DNA from: Eledone cirrhosa
Taxonomy: Eukaryota
Length of the DNA stretch: 64,000 bases
Assembly (NCBI GenBank): GCA_964016885.1
Contig: OZ024741.1
Coordinates: 313,906,001 to 313,970,000 of the forward strand
Reading direction: 5' to 3'
A program made the position numbers and the translations under genes. Every line of letters begins with the position of its first letter. The first letter of the stretch is position 1. Under the pieces are notes generated by a model that did no database searches, had not been told where the DNA came from, and was given only the letters and a program-made list of their open reading frames with translations. This document shows, in pieces, positions 12,566 to 24,750 of the stretch.

Positions 12566-13455
12566 TGGTAAACGGAATAGAAAATGCTGACAAATTGTTC
12601 ACAGTTGAAAAATGGTTTAATTAGGAATAAAAGAGTATTAGTGATTGTATGGGTTAGTATTCAGTTGTGGTTTTAAGTTTTTAAGTTTTTACCGGTTGCG
12701 CATTTCTAAATGCTTTTCAAAAATAATTTTGAGATAGAGTGTCCGTGCTGTTTGCTCTGATCTGATTAGTTTTGGGAATTCTACCTGTTTTTATGTTAAA
12801 AAAATGGCTCCAGCGTTATTTTTGTGTTGTAAAAATGCTTGTGGTCAAAACAATTTTGATTGGTCGGTAGAGGTCATGTGAATGTAAAAAGTTGATTTTG
12901 CGCCAAGACTGTTTTTATGTTAAAATGTTAGAAAAGTGGCTCCAGCAAAGATTATGGTCAAAACAATTTTGATTGGTCGGTAGAGGTCACAAAAAGAGGG
13001 CGCAAAACCAATTTTTTATCCACATGACCTCTACCGACCAATCAAAATTGTTTTGACCATAATCTTTGCTGGAGCCACTTTTCTAACATTTTAACATAAA
13101 AACAGTCTTGGCGCAAAATCAACTTTTTACATTCACATGACCTCTACCGACCAATCAAAATTGTTTTGACCACAAGCATTTTTACAACACAAAAATAACG
13201 CTGGAGCCATTTTTTTAACATAAAAACAGGTAGAATTCCCAAAACTAATCAGATCAGAGCAAACAGCACGGACACTCTATCTCAAAATTATTTTTGAAAA
13301 GCATTTAGAAATGCGCAACCGGTAAAAACTTAAAAACTTAAAACCACAACTGAATACTAACCCATACAATCACTAATACTCTTTTATTCCTAATTAAACC
13401 ATTTTTCAACTGTGAACAATTTGTCAGCATTTTCTATTCCGTTTACCAATATATA
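12560..13455. repeat. Near-perfect palindrome, ~430 bp arms (12560-12989 / 13025-13455), 35-nt spacer
   Basis: Arms are reverse complements with no mismatch noticed; each arm contains an internal ~113 bp-period repeat. Confidence 0.95.
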
Positions 13456-13484
13456 ATAACTTGTGTGTTACACCTCTATTCTTT

Positions 13485-13656
<172 letters not shown>

Positions 13657-13657
<1 letters not shown>

Positions 13658-15972
13658 AATAAGAAAAAGCGAAGTAGTTTCAGATGTTAAAGTCCTTTAA
13701 TGATAATTATGTGATATATATTTTTATGATGACAGTGACCACATGGTTCCGTGTGCCAGTGCCGTGACATCGACAGACAGCTTGTTACATAATAAGGTTA
13801 TGTTTCCGAGGCAATCCAAATTGAATCGACATGAGAACGGACAAAGTGTGTGCTCATGGGTTCTTCGACCGTTCCCTTGTGAGTACCAATTCACCCCTAC
13901 CGGTATGTGCAGGCGCAGGTCCGATGGAAGTTGACCAGCAACTACGGAAGAGTTCTACGAAATTCGCAGAGTTCTTCGAAATTCAGGCCTGTAATGTATA
14001 GCTTACTGCTAGCCACCCCTGCAGTGGCAGTCAGCATAAAGCAAGTGGGGTTGGGAGTATATGAGTATGAATAGGTCTCAATACTACCCTAAATTAAGCT
14101 TAGAAAGAAGAATTGACCATCAACCTCCAAGAGAAACTATACTTAATTCTAGGTATTATGGTTTCACAGTGGAAATTATGAATGAGAGTTGGAAATTAAA
14201 ACTAAAAATTAAAAATCAAATATCAGTAATAAATAATTAAAACAATTAAAGTGAGAATCCAGATTGAAGTGAGTAAAAACATATATGCACCTATACTAAC
14301 TGATAAGTAGGGAGATGTTTAAGTAAGAAGTTTTGAAAGGGGATCTATGTTACAGATATATTATCTACATACTGAACGATATTACACTATGAAACGTAGT
14401 AGTTAGGAGGATACATAGTTCTATAACATGGAACAAAACCCCCCAAAATACAGCTATAATATACACAAAAAAACACAAAAATATCCAAAGAATACAAAAA
14501 TTACACACAGTACATATATGCAAAATGAGATAGGAGATACATGATTAATATGATTGTCAATTTGTCCATATATAGATTTGTAATCAGGTGAATTGAGGGG
14601 GGCTCCTTTTCAAATGCAATTTACTGCAGGAAAATAGGGGTTTAACGTTGTTTTTGTTGCCGTGTATTTATCCTGCCGAAAGTTAGTTTATAATTTTATG
14701 TCCGTCCAGCATCAGGGATTTCCATCCCCATGGTAGAGGGAAATTCCGGGTGTAGCTGGTGGCTGGTTCCTCTCTTCTCCTCTATATCGGTTACACCATA
14801 GAGCGCTCAACGTCTTGGAGCTAAATTCTTAAGGTAAATATTGATGTAATTCAATTCAAGCACTCAACGTACTTATTCCACATATGAGTGACGGAGTATA
14901 TATCGAATAAAAAAAGCGAAGTAGTTTCAGATGTTAAAGTCCTTTAATGATAATGCTGTGATACATATTTCAATGGAGACAGTGGCCACACGGTTCCGTG
15001 CACAAGTGCCGCGACATCGTCAGACAGCGCGTTACATAATAAGGTTATGTTTCCGAGGCTATCCAAATTGAATTGTATAAACTAACTTTCGGCAGGATAA
15101 ATACGCGGAAACAAAAACCACGATAAACCCCTATTTTCCTGCAGCAAATTCCATTTGAACAGAAGCCCCCTCAATTCACCTGATAGCAAATCTATATATG
15201 GACAAATTGACAATCATATTAATAATGTATCTACTATATCATTTTGCAAATATGTACTGTATGTAATTTTGGTATTTTGGGCGTATTTTTGTGTTTTTTG
15301 TGTATTTTATATCTGTATTGTTTTTGGTTTTGTTCCATGTGATAGAAATACTAACTTTGTATCCGCCTAACCACTACGTTTCGTACTGTAATTTACCCTA
15401 CGTTCTACTGTACGGTTTAGTATGTAGATAATGTATCTGTAACATAGATCCCCCTTTCAAAACTTCTTACTTAAACATCTCCTTACTTATTAGTTAGTAT
15501 ATGTGCATATATTTCTTTACTCCCTTCAATCTGGATTCTCTCTTGATATTCATACTCTCCCAACCCCACTAGTTTTCGGCTGACTGCCACTGGCGGGGTG
15601 GCTAGCAGTAAGCTATATATTACAGGCTTGAATAGGGTCATTGTTTGGCTGAGAGGGGGAACTGCCTATGCGAATTTCGTAGAAATCTGCGGAAGTTGAT
15701 GGTCAACTTCCTTCGGACCTGCGCCTGCGCAGACCGGTGGGGGTGAATTGGAACTCACAAGGGAACGGGCGAAGAACCCAAGAGCACACGCTTTGTCCGT
15801 TCCCATGTCGATTCAATTTGAATTGCCTCGGAAACATAACATTATTATGTAACAAGCTGTCTGACGATGTCCACTGTCCCCATTGAAATATGTATCACAG
15901 CACTATCATTAAGGGACTCTAACATCTGAAACTACTTCGCTTTTTCTTATTCGATATATACTCCGTCACTCC
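13657..15972. repeat. Diverged long inverted repeat (13657-14692 / 15076-15960) with a ~190 bp terminal module repeated at 14886-15074
   Basis: The aagcgaagtagtttcagatgtt...tccaaattgaat module lies at 13657(+), 14886(+), 15810-15972(-) and 19934-20125(-). Arm interiors align as reverse complements. Confidence 0.88.
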
Positions 15973-16019
15973 TATAGAAAATAATAACTGTGAACTAAAT
16001 AGGAAAAGAAAAAAAATTA

Positions 16020-17095
16020 TACAATTTTTTAATTACCTTAATCTTAAAGTAGAAATAGAGAATAACCATAACATAGTTAATTTTCTAGATGTAACATTAA
16101 ACCTTAACACATGTCTTCATTCTCCATTTCACAAACTAAACGAGAACTTAAACTATGTTAATTTTAACTCTAATCACCCAAGATTTTAATTTTAATTTTA
16201 ATATTAACTCTAATCACCCGTTAAAAATACTATAGTGAATTCTGTTCAGCAACGCATTTCTAGAATTTCAGCCAATAAGAATATATTTGATGATAAAGAA
16301 CATTATTACAACGAAGCGGTAGGTAGGGCTGGATATAGAAATAAAATTAAATACATTCATAATAATAATATAAAAACTAACCATAATCTTAACAATGTTA
16401 ACACCTATAATAGAAAACCTTACAATAATTCGGAAAACAAAAAAAGAAATAGAACTAGGAATATATTATGGTTCGCTCCTCCTCTCTCATTAAATATTAA
16501 AACTCATATTGCTAAACTATTCTTTAAAGCTCTTGACAAATGCTTCCCTAGGACACATAGATATTATTCAACTTTTAATAGACATACTATAAAATTAACT
16601 CATTCATCCACCAAAAATTTAGCGCTGAATATTAATAGAATTTATAATAGAAATTTAAAACCTAACCAAAATACCACTAATAACCCCAGCAATATCCAAT
16701 TTGATAAATATAACTGTAGAAATAAATCTACCTGTCCGTTAAATAACAATTGCTTAGCTAAAAATATAGTATATAATTGTAATGTAAATTCATTTAATTA
16801 TGTAGGATCTACTTCCACAGATTTTAAATCTCGTTTTAATAACCATAAAAGCTATTTTACGCATTTAAACAAAAAGTCTTCAACTTCTCTATTTAGCTTA
16901 TCACGGGACCTCAAATTAAAGAACTTTGGAATATTATTTCAAAAGCTACTCATTTTAACTCCTCTTCAGAAAATTGTGATCTTTGTATAGAGGAAATATT
17001 ATTTATATTAAAGACCAAAAATTCCCTGAATGTAAGAAGTAATCTCTTCAGTTGCTGCAGGCATAGATTGAACTCAACGTTTAAATATAAATTTA
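16020..17095 (+). mobile_element. Penelope-like element remnant, Naiad-type (RT C-terminus + GIY-YIG)
   Basis: VNFLDVTLNL, SNHP, ILWFAPPLS, FNRHTIKL, NCRNKSTCPLNNNC, YVGSTSTDFKSRFNNH; after a frameshift, CDLCIEE...LNVRS...CCRH. Confidence 0.85.
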
Positions 17096-17655
17096 AAATG
17101 TAATATATAATTAATTCTATTAATATATTGAACCTATCGATAATTCATTAGATTCCTTCTTTTGACTGCTTAAACTCTCAAATATAAAAAAAATATTTTC
17201 CTAAAATAAAAATTTAAAAAATAAAAATTGTTCTAGATAAACATACTGAAAGCTCTTAAAAGGGGAAATTATTTTCTTTGAAAGTTTCTCCTATTTTTGA
17301 AAGTTTCTCTTTAGAAAGTTTCTCTTTCTTTTTCTTTGAAAATTTCCCATATGGCTATAAAATTAAGTTAAACATACTGAGAGTTAAATATTATTTTAAA
17401 AAATTTTAAATTTTTATAATGAATTTTTTAAACATATTGTTATTTAAAATTATACCTTAATATATTCTGTAATATTTAAAAAATGATATTGCTTTAAATT
17501 TATATCGCTTATAATTGTAAGAATATATTTCCAAATCGTAATATAATCCATCTTTTTTATTTTTTATTTTATTTTATTTTATTTTATTTTATATATTATT
17601 TATTACTATTTACTGTATTTTTATCTCTCTCTCTATACATATATATATATGTATA

Positions 17656-17694
<39 letters not shown>

Positions 17695-19104
17695 CATATC
17701 TACCGGTATGTATATATATGTCTATGGGTATCTAAGTGGGGGTTGTGGGTGTCTATATATATATATGCATATAAGTCGAATGCACTCGTTTAAAAGGGTT
17801 TTCTTAAGGTTCCTGATGAACAAACTTATATAATAACAGTCACAACTACATAACAGGTGGTTTTATTAGATATTAAATTCATAAAATTTATTAAATAATA
17901 TAAGGTTTGTATAATAGCATAAGGTTTGCATAATCTTAAATTTCCTTTATTATCTTAACATTTGTAACTTTAATATGAGTAAATAATTTATTTTATTTTG
18001 GTTCACGAGGTTTTGCTCTTACATAGAAATGATTTTCTCCGGCTTTTCTACGGGTTTCTCCGAAAAATCTATAAGTTTAAGGAAATTTCCTATATCTTAA
18101 ACATAAAATGTCCGTTATTGTATGTATGTATATGTATGTATCTGTAGGTATATATATATATATTTATATGTATATATACCTATGTGTGCGTATGAATATA
18201 TATGAATATATTATTTTAATAATATATAGATTTTTTAATAATAATATATAGTTTCAATAATATATAGAGGTTTTAATGTTTAGTGTATAGGTCTCAATAA
18301 TTGAATGGATAATTTTAACTGATAAACTAAGCATTTATTCATATTTAAGACTGGTTAAAATTATCCTGTTATTACTTATTTTCGATTCACGCTTATTTAC
18401 TTTTATTTACACTTCTTTATTCATCCAATAAACATTTATTTTTTCACTTCATCTTAAAAGTTAAGCTAATACAACAACCTATCACTTAGAGCTTTCTCTT
18501 TTCTCTTTTTTCTTACTTTCTATTTCTCTTTTTCTTGTTTTCATATTTTCCTCTTTTCCTCTTAGAGTTGGCTTTTTTTTCTTTTATCTTTTTTCTCTTT
18601 CTTTTCTTTTTCTTTTCCTTTTCTCCATACCCCAACGGCTTATTTTAAAAATATCCGACACTAATTTGCGTAATAGTATAAATAAATTTAGAACCCCACT
18701 ATCCTGGAACTTCCAACAAAAATGGTCGCATTCTTTAAGGGTATGTCAATATTTATTTATAAAGCTGCTCTATATTATATGTTATCTGATTAAATCACAC
18801 CATAATTTTAACTTGGTGTCCTTGAAATATGTATAATGAAATAAATATGGTTTTATAAATATAGTTTCCATTTGTTAATATACCGAATATATATATATAT
18901 ATAATAGGTGTGTGTGTATGGGTGGGTATATATAAGCGTATATGTATATGTATGTGTATGTATGTATATGTATGTATATGTATGTAAGTGTATATATGTA
19001 TGTATGTGTAAGTATTTTTATGTATACATAGTTATGTGTGTATATGTGTGTGTACGTAGATATATATATATATGTATATATATACACACATATATATATA
19101 TGTA

Positions 19105-19205
<101 letters not shown>

Positions 19206-19216
19206 GTGTATGTGTG

Positions 19217-19245
<29 letters not shown>

Positions 19246-19247
<2 letters not shown>

Positions 19248-19335
19248 GTTTAATATAAAAAAGCGTCTACAGGCCTAGAACTGTTTCACGAATGAAACAG
19301 TTCTAGGCCTGTAGAAGCTTTTCTATATTAAACAT
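19246..19335. repeat. 90-bp hairpin palindrome (43-bp arms, CGAA loop) made from the 3' half of a hammerhead motif
   Basis: atgtttaatata...tctacaggcctagaactgtttca CGAA tgaaacagttctaggcctgtaga...tatattaaacat; 2 mismatches. Confidence 0.9.
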
Positions 19336-19760
19336 TTATACTCTGCTATGTATCGACAACCTTACTTACTGTTGTCAACCCCGATTGAACCTGGAATAAC
19401 TTATATATACACAGTATATATATGTATATTATTGTTATTACTTTCAAAGAAAAGGGTGTCACGAATGATACAATATCTAACATATGTCTTGTCTCTAAAA
19501 ACAGCTCAAGATAGAATTCAGAGAATAAAATAGAGCCTTAATCATTATAAGCATGTGATTGAAATATATTCATACACAGATAAGTGTATACTAAGATATA
19601 TCAATACATAGAACTAGAGACAGCCTACACTGAAAGTAAGACTACATAATTCGTTGAGTATATTTTTAATTTTAATAAAAAGAATTAATACAAAATACCT
19701 GATAACGATCAAATGTATATAATATGTGTTTGTGTGTATGTGTATATGTATGTGTATATA

Positions 19761-19795
<35 letters not shown>

Positions 19796-19933
19796 GCATG
19801 TATATATATATGTGTATATGTATATGTACGTGTATATATATATGTATATGTGTGTGCATGTATATCTATATGTATATATGCGTATATGTGTGTGTATGTA
19901 TATATGTATATATATATATATGTATATATATAT

Positions 19934-20125
19934 ATTCAACTTGGATTGCCTCGGAAACATAACCTTATTATGTAACAAGCTGTCTGATGATGTTACGACA
20001 CTAGCACACAGAACAGTGTGGTCAGTGTCGTCATTGAAATATATATCACAACATTATTATTAAAGGACTTGAACATCTGAAACTACTTCGCTTTTACCTA
20101 TTCGATATTTACTCCGTCACTCCTA
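19934..20125 (-). repeat. Solo copy of the ~190 bp module found in 13657-15972
   Basis: Reverse complement of 14886-15074, embedded in a TA microsatellite. Confidence 0.88.
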
Positions 20126-20156
20126 TGTATATATATATACATACATATATATATAA

Positions 20157-20263
<107 letters not shown>

Positions 20264-20587
20264 AATACATATATATATATGGGTATAAGAGTGTGTGTTT
20301 TTGCGAGTGTGTGGGATTAAGGGCTTTATATATGTGTGTGTTTCTGAATGTGCTTGTAGTCACCTAAATCATAGGCATTGTTAGCTTAAGAGAACCTTAA
20401 AAATAAGGATTGGCATCCCCTGTTTGAACTTGTTTATGTAATTAGTTCTGCCTCTGTTACTCTAAATATAGCTTTTAAAGAATTCCCTTTTCTTTAAACC
20501 CATCAACCAATGACATCCACCCATCCCAATCACCACCCCCTCCCACCACCAGAAAACATATAAATACTACCATATTACTTCGACAGT

Positions 20588-20640
20588 CAGCTTCCTGATG
20601 ATTTGTCACGAATGATACATTTCTAATCCTGTAGGAACTT
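20588..20640 (+). ncRNA. Degenerate type I hammerhead motif (GAAA>GATA)
   Basis: cagcttc CTGATGA tttgtcacgaat GATA catttctaatcctg TA ggaac. Homologous to 19287-19335, which retains GAAA. Confidence 0.55.
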
Positions 20641-20684
20641 CTCTATATTAAATATATATATTTTCATATTTTTCATATTTTTAG

Positions 20685-20819
20685 TATGCCCATTAGGAAA
20701 GTTTGGTGTTGATTGTAAGGGGACATGCCATTGTATCTACAACATCAACTGTAACGTATTTAATGGAAAATGTTCAGATGGATGTCCTGCTGGTTATATT
20801 GGTGACAATTGCCAACAAG
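20685..20819 (+). CDS. Internal exon, 8-Cys EGF-like module (MEGF/SCARF-like multi-EGF protein)
   Basis: ttttag acceptor, GT donor, 135 nt, phase 1-1: CPLGKFGVDCKGTCHCIYNINCNVFNGKCSDGCPAGYIGDNCQQ. Not in the ORF track. Confidence 0.85.
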
Positions 20820-20875
20820 GTATATCATAAACTTGTTACGTATTTACTATATGTGTGTGTGTATGTGAACATATG

Positions 20876-20943
20876 ATGTTTAATATAGAAATTGCTTCTA
20901 CTCGACTAGAATATTTTCATCTAAAAAATCATCAGAAAACTGC
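20876..20943 (-). ncRNA. Degenerate hammerhead-bearing repeat end, same family as 20588-20655
   Basis: Minus strand: cagtttt CTGATGA ttttttagat GAAA atattctagtcga GTA gaagc...ctatattaaacat. Confidence 0.5.
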
Positions 20944-21248
20944 TTTCATGATGAGGCCATGCCCATATTAGACATGATACACGCAACAATTGTATTTTGT
21001 TCCATACTTACACTGGTTACCTCCGATTGAAACCGGGACTAATATAATTATAAATAAATGTATATCTGTATTATACATAACTGTATATAAATGTATATAT
21101 TATGCTCTTTGTATCAGCATTACATGGCGATATATTTTTACTCTCGGCCAGTTTTGTCTCGTGGGGCAATTACTTTAGTTTTTGCGATAGTTTAGATAAT
21201 TTAGTGAATCAGTATCCCATTAATATTATAACTATAATGTTAATACTA

Positions 21249-21510
<262 letters not shown>

Positions 21511-21845
21511 CGTGCATGTCCGTATGCGTTTTTATTCAAATGGGAGAATGTCGCAAATACGTACCGTAGTAACTGATAGATTAAGTAAGATTTTGTAGGA
21601 TTATATATGTTGATTTTCTTACATTATTGTTTGGTTCTTTCATAATGTGTTTAACTTTGCATTTAATTGAACCAAAAATCCATGTATATATTATAGAGGA
21701 TCGATGTAATATTCAATAATTATACAAGTTCATTTTTTTATCACACGACCAGTTTAATCGGAAAATGTTGTATTAAATTGTATCAGTGATATCTGTATGT
21801 AATTAATGATATCTTCAACATTATCATATATATTGATATTTTTAG

Positions 21846-21980
21846 AATGCCCAGCAGGAAGCTTTGGTGTTGATTGTAAAGGGACCTGCCATTGTATTAA
21901 CAATACGAAGTGTGTTATACAAAATGGTGTATGTTTAGAAGGATGTTCTGAAGGTTATATTGGTTTCAATTGCCAAGAAG
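21846..21980 (+). CDS. Internal exon, 8-Cys EGF-like module (paralog of 20685-20819)
   Basis: tttttag acceptor, GT donor, 135 nt, phase 1-1: CPAGSFGVDCKGTCHCINNTKCVIQNGVCLEGCSEGYIGFNCQE. Confidence 0.87.
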
Positions 21981-22447
21981 GTATTTCATGAACTTGTTAT
22001 GTACTTACTAAGCACACACACACACACATACTCACACGCATGTGTATATATGTGTGTGTGTATGTGCATGTGCCTCTGCGTGAGTGTGTGTGCGCGCCTG
22101 TGTGTGAGTGCGTGTGTGTGTTTGCGTTTCTGTAGAAGCCATGTCTATACTAAACGTGATATTTATACGCTACAATTGTATTTTGTTCCATACTTACAAT
22201 GGTTACCTATGATTGAAACCGGTACTAATATAAATATAAATTAATGTATATATAGATACACACATGTATATATATATAATAATAATAAGAAGAAGTAGAA
22301 AATGTTGCTCTACATGGCTTAATGCATTAAATGTAATCTGAGTTTTTCGAGTATCAATAACAATATTCGATTCGTTTGCAATTATGCAAACAAGCGTCTT
22401 TTTTATAGCCATGTCAGTTAAATGAAGACTTCATTCTTGCTCTTATG

Positions 22448-22527
22448 TTGGCAAGTGAACAGAACTGCAGACACTAATATTTCTCGGTATTATCCTTCAT
22501 CAGTACAGTTAACTGTTCACCTGCCAA
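22448..22527 (-). ncRNA. Type I hammerhead-like motif with extended stem I
   Basis: ttggcaggtgaacag-tt-aactgta CTGATGA aggataataccga GAAA tattagtg TC tgcagtt-ctgttcacttgccaa. Confidence 0.65.
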
Positions 22528-22576
22528 CTGTCAGTGCCAGTGAAAATATATGATATATTCTAAAATATACAGTGAC

Positions 22577-22675
22577 TGATCGGTCTGTTTTGCATATTAG
22601 CAGACTAAATGGTCAGTCAGATTTGCATATTAGTAGATCCAGTGATCAGCCAGTTTTGTATATCAGCAGACTGGC
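22577..22675. repeat. 33-bp minisatellite, 3 diverged units
   Basis: tgatcggtctgttttgcatattagcagactaaa / tggtcagtcagatttgcatattagtagatccag / tgatcagccagttttgtatatcagcagactggc. Confidence 0.8.
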
Positions 22676-22689
22676 CAGTGAGATTCCTG

Positions 22690-23365
22690 TACACGAGCGA
22701 TTAATGGCCGGCTTTTATTATCTTCTTCGCCCACTTTTCTCTTAGAAAGTCGTGGGAGAAGAGTTCTCTTCAAACACGTTTTCCAGCGTGTCTGTCAGAA
22801 GCAAACATTTCTAACTGATCCAGCTGGATCACAAAGCGTGACCAGCCCAGCTCATGGATGTTATGCAACTATCTTGCTCGGGCTCTACATCTGGGTCTCT
22901 TTCTGGTTGGTTTTACCTGTAAAATCTGTCCAACGATTCTTTGTCAGATATTCTAACCCCATGGCCATAGTATCGGAGCTGTGATCTCTCAATCCGGAGA
23001 AGTAGCGGCTCTACCAGGAGTAACTCTCTGAACTCTGAGCTATGCACTTTATCGAGTAATGTTACTCCAAATTCCTTTCGGAGGAACCCCATTTCTGCCG
23101 TTTGTATTTGCAATAGTATTCTTTTGGTTATTACCCAAGATTCACGACCCTCAGTAAGGGTTGGCAAAAATACCAGGAAGACAGCGAGTTTGGCTTTTAC
23201 ATCTACCCGATTATTCTGATTACTGAATGCTGGAGCTGTCGCATTACTGCATCAGCCTTTGCAATTTTTGCACCTCATTCAGCATCCTGCCTTCTATCAC
23301 TCATGAACACGGCCTTGAGATACTTGAACTTCTCCACCTGCTTCACTGGAACTCAATTCACATGC
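22690..23365 (-). mobile_element. RTE-clade LINE 3' fragment
   Basis: VEKFKYL; ESWVITKRILLQIQTAEMGFLR...VEPLLLRIERSQLRYYGH. Confidence 0.85.
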
Positions 23366-23521
23366 ATGGAAATTTGAAAAACTTATGTCCATCTGTTCGT
23401 CAGAAAATATGTGTGCGTGTTTATGTGAATGTATGTGTGTGTAAAAGGAAGGAAGGGGATACACACATATATGTCTCTAACTTAAAAGCTGTGACATACA
23501 CACACGCGCACACACACACAT

Positions 23522-23590
<69 letters not shown>

Positions 23591-23709
23591 ATACACATAC
23601 CTGTATATGGCACACACACATATAGATAACCCACATACATGTCTCTACTTTAAGAATGCCGACAACCTCACACGCGCGCACATACACACACTGTCCTATT
23701 ACCACTTAA

Positions 23710-23900
23710 GGGCTTTGGCCCGGGAAAACTTCCCTATGATTTTGAAACCGTCTGGGTTCTCCAGAATTGATGGGAAAAGACCTGACGGTCTTAACCTGTG
23801 CCCTGGTCAAGAGGCAGATGCCTTGTCTGGAACATCACAGTTAGTGGCTCTTTTGTTTCTTCCCACAGCATCCGCAGATGAAGAGAACCAATCCTAAAAT
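23710..23900 (+). mobile_element. CRE-like restriction-like endonuclease fragment
   Basis: RALAR...PSGFSRIDGKRPDGLNLCP, then frameshifted WSRGRCLVW. Confidence 0.65.
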
Positions 23901-24629
23901 ACCATGATCTCAGCATATATTATATCTGAGCAAATCCAACATGAAGTTAGTCGACATAAATTAATTTAATATACACTATCACATATTTAAGTACCTAATA
24001 ATAGATATTTTACATACATATGGATACATAAGTGTATTGACATTTATAAGAATCAAGATATAAAACAGGAACCTTCAGTTGATAACGTACCAATGTATTC
24101 TCCTTGGGATAAATATTATGATTTTGATTTAATGAAGAATGTTGCACAGCTGGTCAAGCGAACATGCTTCTGTGTTTCTGCATGAGCATCCGGAAAAAGG
24201 AAGGTCCTTGCGTTTAATTGTGATATGTGATTCATATTTATAGTATATTACTAGTCTATTCTCACTGTATCGTCATGGAGATCGAAGGATAAAAGTTAGT
24301 TATATCAAACTACGTAATCTAAGCTACGTTGGTGGACATAAACTATTTCTACTTGACTATTATTCCACTGATTAGTTTTGTTGATGTTCTTTTGTATAAA
24401 CGTACTTATAAGTCCTAGTTCTGTTTTGATGGTGTCTACATATCGCGTTGTTAATAAAGTCATCCTTGGATCTTATCAGAAGAGTTGAAGTCTTATTGGT
24501 TGTGTTCGTAATATTACGTGTTATTGTAATATTACATGTTATACCAACACTTTTATGTGATTTGGAGCTTCAATATATTGATATCTCATTATTTACCACT
24601 ATAATTATTGTTATATGTCTATAGATACT

Positions 24630-24750
24630 TCTATATGAAGTAAGACGGTTTGGTGTAGATTGTGATAAAATATGTCATTGAATCAACAACAACACCTGTA
24701 ACGTGAAGAATAGAAAAGTTCAGATGGACGTTCGGAAGGTTATAGTGGTG
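24630..24750 (+). pseudogene. Decayed third EGF-like exon, truncated by a retrotransposon
   Basis: FGVDCDKICH*INNNTCNVKN...SDGRSEGYSG: Cys>TGA, a frameshift, and no clear acceptor. Confidence 0.75.

Noticed and set aside
14368-14405. CTGAACGA...GAAACGTA hammerhead-like motif in the long inverted repeat
   Set aside because: Non-canonical core that differs in the other arm, and stem I does not pair in register.
16700-17070. Selenocysteine recoding in the Naiad-type element
   Set aside because: The conserved Cys codons seen are TGT/TGC and no SECIS element was recognised.
22577-22675. CRISPR-like array
   Set aside because: Contiguous diverged units without unique spacers, eukaryotic context and no cas genes.
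24678-24682. TGA at a Cys position in the third EGF exon as selenocysteine
   Set aside because: The same exon has a frameshift, other lost cysteines and a retrotransposon truncation, so it is a pseudo-exon.
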